From Adineta vaga (lineage: Eukaryota > Animalia > Rotifera), in contig CP075494.1 of assembly GCA_021613535.1 (NCBI GenBank), forward strand, positions 2,728,001 to 2,792,000: 64,000 bases of DNA. Reading direction: 5' to 3'. Below, in pieces: positions 56,601 to 64,000 of this stretch (the stretch's first letter is position 1; every line of letters begins with the position of its first letter). The notes below the pieces were generated by a model. The model worked only from the letters and a program-made list of their open reading frames with translations, was not told the origin of the DNA and did not search any database. The position numbers and the translations under genes are program-made.

Positions 56601-56999
56601 AGTTATCATCACCTCAAACAAGTATCTGATCGAGATGTTATTGACAAGTTGTTCCAACTAATAGATTTGACAACGTCTAATAAATATTTGAAATATTTTC
56701 TAGATGTATTGGAACGTCTCGCTGAGATTGGCGCTGTATCTTTATTAGAACTGCATCAAAGGATCTCACTCAGCAATAATGTATCCTATGGTGATGAGTA
56801 TAACCGGTTTAACGGTAAAGACATTTTCAAAGTATTATTAAATCTTAGTTGCTTTAAAAAAGATTTTTCATGGAAGTTTGAGAAAAACTTTCTCACTGAG
56901 AGTTATATTGACGAAGAATTTGAGAACGAAGTCCATAAACTTGATACAAATTCTTCTCGATTTCTCAGAAGAAATTTTTTTCTCAACAGTTTCAAATAG
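50688..56999 (+). CDS. Large NACHT (STAND) NTPase with helical C-terminal region
   Basis: Uninterrupted 6.3-kb ORF; Walker A GEPGCGKT, Walker B LILLDGLDE, VTSR, NPSLLSLIC, FLHLSFQEYF; start taken at MDKVIAR. Confidence 0.9.
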   Translation: MDKVIARATNLINDSINEVLESRSTSLYHHRLVNTRNLLNRLHQSDSQKNDWTRLFYRQLKRLMDYNNSVPLDFWIELHNEILYVLNERNSEQCTVSTWSSFLKRMNFEEKLEQRQLQFQHITQERKSLSELFYEHKAFFEEYLHKCISLHSKLQVQGLFENSDDLVCRVYGLTEISLTFDNRKHLKKKLNCIEIPIDCSNRSLSNLYFEFSTNNNSSMRDKNNSISFLPSKKIDMKMSGKSEIIDNVLKFKRWIVVLGEPGCGKTTLVRWMTRVFAEAAHHSHEKVDLEGYCRLPVRIPILIRIGELAAWFAQHKTKSLMDYIGEHTWFSERYCHDESGNVLKELINHGHALILLDGLDEISEFGLRSKIVELVEEFIEKYVYSSDCISAFDDKMFDTDCSWDDRKVVEAQPPNIYGGNQIVVTSRTVGYQSHPLNGPFIEHYSLLLMNHKEANEFIKIWMKQVDKSVRYILLKEGIKLNEEKMKTSLKTQNYGEETVFENSTELLKANPSLLSLICTFIFQSSVELHLKSRVEIYNYAVQSALRAWKSTESSILESVVKNFLIDLAIYLHLNSPSGLIDAFDMKHLCCLALKLQKVSNDRTILNEYAEKLIYLLESNVAIVAERGLQVFGFLHLSFQEYFVAQGLVRGSSINEVAKRILSFTINSRFRESLLLAFSWISWKWPFDKYNRFCNLLFTPTENHSIPFGILLFFDAINDIHRLPAKSVIFIALNNLLNHPSNEMRETYLISNLSKLPEDIIIEWMHLHLKDEKCLLKFCQSFPLQLERSYDKNKTVRKPIPTIIYRQLWSSHHMSSSTELLIDQILRNLLISDDVSNQIFDNDFLSHNICVCNINPLILSIIIAVCGGIYFKSEKNMTKIDFSPKHMHRESSILAPIVEYFDNNEESHIIKVQKLIKKYESVLRNSSPSDTSVDITDTFIALICLQGLSYPLIYQYYAEYQALPLALKRLKRTWFYLKEHYKIDRYGGNGLRRSFMISEIESIKKIFFSQSDQSEELHIPFLIVFEAALKKLGMWNVVNSLIYDFSCNNKVGRYFQRHPEFIHFIANQNLDQTSQDIHSMEMLQKEPSFLVSFLPRSLQQLYYYTTISPVNKTDSLPFVVFLSQYLIHLKDINDYDLKTCFVLSLLQPLFKEYMLENYAFVLFWKKYYDVIEYFDKDDRTFFETMKDRNLLDSFFINQPKDWKALISVERQRICEAIAIVQNQKKDLQLFAASISLARLFQAQYSCQSMKNICHNSAESEEVHFAVTNIVNPVLRIIALSIIFDMNDPLIFDEEQRNKLQWEMISLLQSLLPRLSLLKGTLLFVRCHTVRHVFQLSFQYMAKIIGGKLNQTLIAKQNQGQEAAYIALQKLNNSDLSDHLSKFAKQKENLSDLLQFNSTIFYQYFIRATSFNSSNPIFLSSMYLTELIFDAQILNMYTITAQKTNIWLLTELRQLWNVSPNDEKIMTYKAALWITNYLHMSNKQKIHEIIEDMSSCSMIERKALSIIEKWLDYRTHKDLNFFAHYAALQLVAEGSNTPDLIRIIEEIFSVDSTSRLRHVVKRLFISQYADSTAVRQILITLHRNVRYSLNISVQIDCKETFKLILNLELERITSNVRQIPVISSRPFLLMIDGCTADLQLYLAEHLRTLTTKRIDIENSIKEEYVAVVVKWFIQSSIQYDRTKDFSIELYKYIFVLLHDQRFPRVQKAILNAFNSTFIKCQSEKNVFMQDDISTNLEKVICLWDTYSEDIVAICLIAYGNSLRMLQRFEINQNVSDEIKNVLTNLAKTSCSEIISIQANLCLIFSQYPKVRWHTISNWFKKESDMTSDKEYKTLLQLTLYPTNILPLFTSKAENEIVEYIKVYSAKFIDTFVTDLYHYLCNKNKGNYLAVPAPKYIDIAANLSETKSKEFCYAIRKSSFGEDKFKNELYIYFKNNPNNGYHLIELYIVFGTITIELLDMLEWVVDYQDKTFVLSYHHLKQVSDRDVIDKLFQLIDLTTSNKYLKYFLDVLERLAEIGAVSLLELHQRISLSNNVSYGDEYNRFNGKDIFKVLLNLSCFKKDFSWKFEKNFLTESYIDEEFENEVHKLDTNSSRFLRRNFFLNSFK

Positions 57000-57554
57000 T
57001 TTGAGCTAAGCAGATTGTTTTAGTTTTCTATCAGATTCTTGTGCCCATACATATTTTATTTTGACAACGGACGTTATTATGATCAAGTGTAGTTATCATT
57101 TCGAATTTGTTTGTATAGAATATTTTCAAACTATGTTTTTTTGCTTATTTTCTTTTCTGAAAAAAATTTAATATCACTACTGGTAGAAACTATTTCAAAT
57201 ATAATTTAAGATGTGGAGTTTTTGTAAAGATTCTCAATATAGTATGCGCTGGAAAGAGTACTCAGAATGAAAGTATTCTGCATTCCATAAGTAAAAGTTT
57301 AGAATTTTTTAAAATATTCGTTTTTCTACAAAATAGTTACGAAACCCGAATACTCAAAACTGTTATGCAATACATCAAAAGCAAAAAGAGGGAAGTTGAA
57401 ATAAAAGTAAGTAAATGGATTTTATGTGAAATATATCATTATATCCACGCTTACGAACTCTTTTAGTTTAACGTGTTATTATGCATATACCAATAAATAA
57501 GAAAATAATATCAGGTAAACCATGATGAAAAGTATAGTATAGAATAAAGTAGAT

Positions 57555-57578
57555 TTTGAGGGTGTGAGTGTAAGTGTC
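57555..57578 (+). repeat. Degenerate telomeric repeats at the retroelement 3' junction
   Basis: TTTGAGGGTGTGAGTGTAAGTGTC = TGAGGG TGTGAG TGTAAG TGT, with 6-nt periodicity. Confidence 0.65.
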
Positions 57579-58430
57579 TAGCTACCATGACCGGTTTCGT
57601 CTTGCGCTCCGAAAACTCGTCAGATGGCCTATTAATTTGAAATTGATCTAATTCTGATCTCTGTTAAGTTTAAATCTAACTGAATTGAAGTTGATGACGC
57701 AATTTTTTAACATCTTGAAGTTATTGTTCGATTGATTCACTGAATTTAAGATAAAGCGATAGCTGTAGACGATTATTTTTTGATAATTGGTGTAATTTTT
57801 TTTTGAAGTGTTTTTCATCTAATACTATAAGATATTAGAAGAAATTGGATTGATGGAATTCTTGAATAGTTTAATCTAGAATTGAAAAGAATTTTCCATT
57901 GAATATAAAACTTTTCATTATATTTGATTTGAAATGATTTATGTAATATAGCCGGATTTAATCTTACAATAGGAAAGATTCAATATTTTGAGAGGAATAA
58001 TAAGATTATTCGGTTTTGGTGTATGAATTTTAAGCTAATGATCAACAGTTTTTTCTTGGATATCAGAAATAACTATTCAATTTTATTTATGTTTTAATGT
58101 TTCGTTTGGGCCGTTTCTGAATGAGTTTCTTTGAAGCATTTAGCTGGTTACGATTATCAGCAATCAACTTGGCTTTCATGGCTGATGTATTCTGACAGAC
58201 GTTTTCATATATTCGATACATATCACGTTTGAATGAACGAAATCGTCTTTCGTGTTTTTAATGAATAAAGAAACGATCACGGAAACGTATAAGACCAGCT
58301 TGTTTTTGATTCATTAGATTTACTGATGTACGTAGTTGGTTTTGAATCAACTGATTCTGGATTGTGAATATCTGCCAATGCTATGCTTCTAGCTACTTGA
58401 GACTGACGAGTTGTTGGCTGTGATCTGGCC
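57579..58430 (-). mobile_element. 5'-truncated Athena/Terminon-like (endonuclease-deficient Penelope-like) retroelement remnant
   Basis: Decayed ORF end QPTTRQSQVA...FFIH*KHERRFRSFKRDMYRIYENVCQNTSAMKAKLIADNRN...LIQKRPK* (58087-58427) resembles C-termini of bdelloid PLE RTs (recalled); followed by a 3' UTR, hammerhead and reverse telomeric repeats. Confidence 0.7.
57584..57628 (-). ncRNA. Minimal type I hammerhead ribozyme
   Basis: Minus strand GCCAT-CTGACGA-GTTTT(CGGAGCGC)AAGAC-GAAA-CCGG-TC-ATGGT: full catalytic core, stems I and II paired, palindromic ACCGGT stem III, GUC cleavage triplet. Confidence 0.88.
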
Positions 58431-59666
58431 TCGTAGCGGCTGTCTCAGAAAATATGGGAATATGTAGGAAAGTAAAAGTATTATCCATATAGGATTTTCT
58501 TCGCCTATATAGGAAATATATAGGACAAGGGTTTCCAGAATAAATAGCTTTTTAAGCTTAAAATCTGACAATCTACAGCAATATTGAAAATTAGTCTCTT
58601 TTCTGCATATATACGGTTAATTGCATTATTTTTTCATAGTTTTATGTAGTCTGCTGTACACAACTAAAACGTCGAGAATTTGCTATTTCGATACAGTTCC
58701 ATAGAGAGTTGATTATTCTACCAAATCAAACTATTTCGATTTTATTTTCTTCGTTCTGTTGTGAAAAATTCAGAGATGCGCGGATACAAATGCAAAAAGT
58801 TCTCACAAACAAACAATATCTTCCTCTTCTTATGTCTCTTCTAGCGTACATTAACATCGAAAATAAAGCATCACCACAAAAAAAACGCACACGATCAAAT
58901 CTCAGGATGAGGATAAGGGCGGAACATCAGCATACACGAAAACAAAAAAAATTAACCTACCCAAAAAATAGGAGTCAGTGGGGGTTTTCCATCACGACGA
59001 GGTACCTGTGACAATTTCTGATGGAAGAGATATATATCCAGATGGAATCATGTCATTCTTTATTTCTTTCTAACATTAATCGCATCTTTTACATACGAAA
59101 ACACAAGCTTATATATGTGCAACCAAAAGAAAGAGAACGAGGGAGTAAATTCATGAGACATAGATAGATGAGAGAAAGAGAACAGCCAAAGAAAATGGAT
59201 AGAACGATATCACCACAGATATCGTCACAGTACCCATGTACTCAAGCCTATGTCCTGAGATGAAATCATCTACTCTCTCACAATGCTTAGAACTATTAGA
59301 ATTCATACTTGTTATCTCAATAAATATACTCGAGTATATCGATACGAATTTCAACAATTCTAAGGATTTGGGGGGGGGGGGGTATATGAGTTCATCAAAC
59401 TTCAAGATATTGTTACATTCGGAGTACATTTTTTTTTCGTACTCACCTAGCCCTCAACTAAACTAACATCAGAACTGGAAAAGATTTTCTGTTTTTTCTC
59501 AACGACAAAAGCACTCTAGAAATTGTATAGAAGTAAAATAAATATATATCGATTGCATCTTTTCGTCCATATTTGTGAAACAAATAATTAGCTATATCAT
59601 CGAAGAAATTTTTGATAAAAAAATACTGACTGACCGAGTAACTTTGTTATTATAATGATCTAATGT

Positions 59667-59996
59667 CCAGATCGACAAATCCGATAGGATCCAACGTTCC
59701 TACAAAATCCTATCGGATTCCTGGTGACGAATCTGTATTGGATTTTGCCAGTAAAATTTCCGTCGGAAGCTGCAAATTTTATGAGCGTTCTTTTTAGCTA
59801 TATTTTATTGCGGTCTTACGGCCACCTGTCGAATCCGTCAAAATCCGTTTTTTGGAAACTCTAGGATCCTATGTTGGATCCGCAACCGACAGAATCCGAA
59901 GTGATTCCGTCCCCAGGAATACGATAGGATATTGTTCGATCATAGGATTCCGATGGAATCCGGCATGGGATCCGAGTATCAGATTGGTCGACATGA
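59667..59996. mobile_element. MITE rich in GGATCC/AATCCG motifs
   Basis: CAGATCGACAAATCCGATAGGATCC ... GGATCCGAGTATCAGATTGGTCGACATG imperfect TIRs. Confidence 0.6.
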
Positions 59997-60360
59997 GTGA
60001 AGAACGAGCTCGTACATTGTCATCATTATCTGTCTAATACACTTAGCGCTGCTGACAATACATATAACGGATGTTGCCCTTCTCAAAGAATATGTAACTT
60101 TCTTTAAAAACAATAATTTTTTTGAAAAATATAGAAAATACAGTCCCACTACGAGGCCAGGTTAAATTGTCGTTAATTCATTTTTTAGTCTGTTTTCATA
60201 GTCTAATTGAACAGACATCTATTCAAAAAGGTCGGATATATTTCTTTTTCTTTTGATCAGCAATAAAGACAATGATCAGGAAACTCGTTTTTTCCTTGTT
60301 GTCATGGACGACATCGAAATAAAAAAGATCGTATTTGTCGATTTGAAATCATATTCTTTT

Positions 60361-60756
60361 ATGGCTTATCAACCAAAACAAACCATAGTCATTTTATTCT
60401 TTTGCATTGCGACTATAAATGCAGAAAATATGCCTTTTATTCGAGGTGCTTATTACAATAAATTAGCGAAAACAATCGTTTTTGATGTTGACTATAAAGG
60501 TGGTTGCGTCGAACATGATTTTCGATTCAAAATGGGTGGTTGTCGTGACGTTGAGCCTTATCAATGCAGTGCTTCAATAATTGATTTGACTTTGAATGAT
60601 TCTTTTGATTTCATCGTTTCTCGTCAAATATCAATCGTTATCAAAGAAATTATAGTTCAGACTATTATAGATATGTTAGTACAAACAATTACTATCTATG
60701 GCAAGGAGCATACAAATGCAAAATTTATACAAAAGAAAAATGTAAATTTTAAGTGA
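60361..60756 (+). CDS. Paralog of the 16145 bacterial-type secreted protein; C-terminus altered by an insertion
   Basis: MAYQPKQTIVILFFCIATINAENMPFIRGAYYN...YKGGCVEHDFRFKMGGC...PYQC aligns colinearly with the 16145 ORF. Confidence 0.7.
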   Translation: MAYQPKQTIVILFFCIATINAENMPFIRGAYYNKLAKTIVFDVDYKGGCVEHDFRFKMGGCRDVEPYQCSASIIDLTLNDSFDFIVSRQISIVIKEIIVQTIIDMLVQTITIYGKEHTNAKFIQKKNVNFK

Positions 60757-61005
60757 AGAATTGAAAGAAACGAATATTATTATCATTATTTCGGACGTTT
60801 CGTCAACTTAGTTGACATCATCAGCACCATCTCCACGACCAACACGTTTATTGATTGTCATTTTAGTTCACTATGAAAGAATATTAATAAGAAAAATTAA
60901 AATTGTAATATTCATTTCTTTCAATTCTTCACTTAAAATTTATATTTTTCTTTTGTCTAAAATTTGTCATTAATTTTATTTTTCTTATTAATTTGCAAAA
61001 TTTAT
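60729..61005. mobile_element. Fold-back insertion with 12-bp target-site duplication
   Basis: Direct repeat TGCAAAATTTAT at 60717-60728 and 60994-61005; ~55-bp inverted repeat 60721-60778 / 60906-60965. Confidence 0.7.
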
Positions 61006-61621
61006 TCTTACATACTAAATATTCTCTTGACATTCTATTAGAAAAGGTAGAAATTTAGTGAATATCTTGAGTTGTAATCTTGTGTGGTATGCAGAATAAA
61101 ATGTTTATTTTGAATTGCGTACTGATGTGGTTTATCCTAATTGTTCACTGAATTCAAATTCATCTTATTGGATTATTGATTGATCTTGTGATAGTATGGG
61201 TACAGATAACAGAATAATATGAATTCTGAATAAGACTCAAACTCACACCCGTAAAAGTCTTCTTCGTAACTTTTATCATTTAATTTCAATTCGATTCAGT
61301 CGTACTAATTAAAACGACGACTTTATATCGATGTATTTCCATAATGTTTTTGTTTGCGATCTAACCATATATCAACCGAAAGATAAAATACAGCGTTGCA
61401 AAGTTAAGAAATTGTGAAAAAATAGATTGTTTACTTAATATGTTTAATTTTGTTTATAATTCTTATATGTATAAACTATTCTTGATAGAATACTTATATG
61501 AGAAATAATACAAAGTATTCGAAGAAAATTACTATTCGTTAAAATTCATCACTTTTGTTTATGTTGCTGTTGCATCAAACAAGAACTTGTTAGCTACGAA
61601 TCTTTATAGGTTTCACTTTTT

Positions 61622-61760
61622 ACTGGTTCTGGTTCGTCATCATTGTACAAACAAATCTTAACTACGTTTCAATATTATAAAATCGGAATCTTGGAGCTCA
61701 CTGAATATCCAACATCAGGTATCATGATATATCATGCTGTTGTTATCGCTGGCTATGTAA
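61622..61760 (+). pseudogene. Papain-family (C1A) cysteine protease fragment
   Basis: TFQYYKIGI...IYHAVVIAGY matches the FQFYKSGI...HAVLxVGY catalytic-His region; bounded by stops. Confidence 0.5.
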
Positions 61761-62696
61761 TATATGTGGCATCGAATCTAGCGCATTTTATATAAGAAGA
61801 CCAGCTTAAATGCCCATTGATCTATTTATCAAATGACTATAATGCGCGTTCCAATTTTTACTATGCTCTGGAATGAATTTTTCTATTTTTTTTAACATGT
61901 TCTTCTCATTTTAGTTCTGTTTTTAAAATTATGTACGAAATAAAAACAATTACGAGGTTCACATATTTGAAGATGTGAGTATTGGTTATGCTTGCACACT
62001 CTCGCAGTCTGATACAGATTAGAAAAACTCATTCATCATCAACGTTTTATGTATCTTAAAGAAAAAGAGCACAATGCAAAGTTGTTTTCCCTTTACACTA
62101 TTGAAATATTTCATATCAGAAAAGTGTAGATAAGAATAGACGGAAGTATAAGAAGAGAACGGCTCACTCGTTTACGAATAAATTTTTCCTAGTGGTTTTG
62201 TCTTTGTATTGTTTTTTTTCACCTACTATCAATGATAAAATTTCCACTTCTTTTATCATAATAAGTTCTTATTATTATATACACTGACTCAAATAAGAAC
62301 AATGTGACTATATTTCATAACTTTCTTTTAGTTGACCATTTTGTTCTATATAAAATACTTTTAAAACATGGAAATGGATGTGCAGAATGCTGGGGCAAAA
62401 ATTGGCGAATTATTAATACTATGGCTGAAACTCCATTTACGTCCTATTGGGAAGGACAAATAAAATGTGCAAAATGTTCACACGCATATAAATTCCATGA
62501 TTTCAAAAATAATTAAACATTTTTTTCCCTTTTGTCTTCTAACTCATTTCGATGTGACGATTTTTAATATTCAAAATGATTATATATTATATTCAAAACT
62601 ATTTTTATTAATAATAAATATACGTGTTTCAATTAAAAAATTTGAAAAAAAAGAGTTACATGATATTTATGGTTGCAAATAAAATTACATGTTTGT

Positions 62697-63649
62697 TTAA
62701 TGTCGAAAGACTCGATGAATCTTGTCGAATACATAATTTTTCAATTCATGATTGCTGATAAATAAATTCAAAATTATACCTACTATACATAGTTCACTAA
62801 AGACTACCATAGCTGGTCGAATCCATTCATTCAAACTCATAAATTGACTGACAATCACAATTACATAACTCGTACTCCAACCACCCATAAATGTAATAAA
62901 CATGAAAATCATTTGTCGCAATAAAGAAATTTCACGTCGACCTAAATTCATCATTTGATTATTATGAGGTTGAACACGACATGAAGAAGATCGGACATAA
63001 CGAAAGATGAGAACATTGAAAATAATATTCATAATTGATGGTACAACCACAGCTGTTATTAGTGTATAAAATCTTAGCCAGGTAACATAAACACATACCT
63101 AAGTAACAAATTCATTAGTATTTTTATAAGAACATTTGAAAAATACAGAAGCGTAAAATATATTCACTTATTGCAACAAAAGACCTTTTACATCATGTTG
63201 TATTTTCAACTTACATTATGTTTTTGAAAAACAAATGGTAATGAAATAATCAAAACGCCAACCCAATGTGTTGAAATGCATATTCCAACCCACTTTTTTG
63301 TTTTAAATAAAGGTTTATAATGATATACAATAGAACAAAATCGATGGACAGTAAATGTAACAAAAGAAAATGGAATTTCAATGCTCGCGATATTAAATAT
63401 ATAATATAACATAATACATCCATTTGGAGTAAAGATATTACGAGCAGTAAGATAATATGATGTGTAAAAGATGATATAATAAACCGAAGTTATAATCATA
63501 CTGATACACATATTGACAATGAAGACATTGTTTATTGAATGAAAACGACGAATAAGTAAAATGAATAATGAATACATTAAAGACAAAAGTGTGATTAGAG
63601 AAAATAAACTGATTATGAGAGAAGCTTTGATAGATGATTCAATAGTCAT
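62697..63649 (-). CDS. Class A GPCR (multi-exon)
   Basis: TM1-4 in ORF 63206 (FTVHRF), TM5-7 in ORF 62697, short introns between. Confidence 0.8.
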
Positions 63650-64000
63650 GATTAGAAAGAAAATTTTGAGCAAATGAAGATATATTTTGTTAGTAAAGTT
63701 ATAAAGTGACAAAGAAGAATCACCGGAAAAATTTTTGTTCTAAAAAGAATATTTTATCTTTATCGAAGTTCTTACAGCAACCTACTTTCTAAGCAAAAAA
63801 AATATAATGAACAACAAAGAATTTAAAAAGGAACAGAAAAATAATTTATTTCTAACGTGTGGTTCATATTAAACGGAACACAAAGTTTTCCTCTTTTTTC
63901 AGCACTTCTTAACAGATTCGATAGAGATTTTTTCGTTCTACAAAGCTCATAAGTTTGCTTTTCGAATATATTTATTCTATCAGTAAAAAAATCAAAAGAT

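Noticed and set aside
58397-58448. Second hammerhead-like string TGAGA-CTGACGAG...TCTCA on the plus strand
   Set aside because: No GAAA core (GTAG instead); it is the antisense of the RT remnant codons for TTRQSQ.
59369-59382. Poly-G run
   Set aside because: Simple homopolymer with no supporting context; the overlapping ORFs are low-information.

Overview
AT-rich eukaryotic DNA with short GT-AG introns. The gene mix (expanded GPCR, F-box/LRR, NHL/REJ and NACHT families, several intronless non-metazoan-looking genes, TGTGGG/TGAGGG telomere-type motifs) points to a bdelloid rotifer (Adineta/Rotaria-like), probably a subtelomeric or accessory region; this is inference from sequence only. Genes: a tankyrase/PME-5-like ankyrin protein (cut by the window edge), a WLM/Wss1-like metalloprotease, a degenerate NHL-REJ-GPS receptor, two paralogous bacterial-type small secreted proteins, three GPCRs, two F-box/LRR proteins, a sucrose-phosphate-synthase-like GT4 glycosyltransferase divergent from an MFSD5-like transporter, a TRPA-like channel tail-to-tail with XPR1, and a 2.1-kaa intronless NACHT protein. 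Most notable non-coding signals: (i) the 3' end of an Athena/Terminon-like Penelope retroelement with an intact minimal hammerhead ribozyme followed by reverse telomeric repeats; (ii) a dispersed family of ~50-70 bp palindromes built from inward-facing telomere-like repeats, one at that retroelement junction and one at a gene-truncation breakpoint; (iii) a fold-back insertion with a 12-bp target-site duplication that replaced a gene's C-terminus. Family assignments come from recalled motifs, not database searches, and exon boundaries were read by eye.
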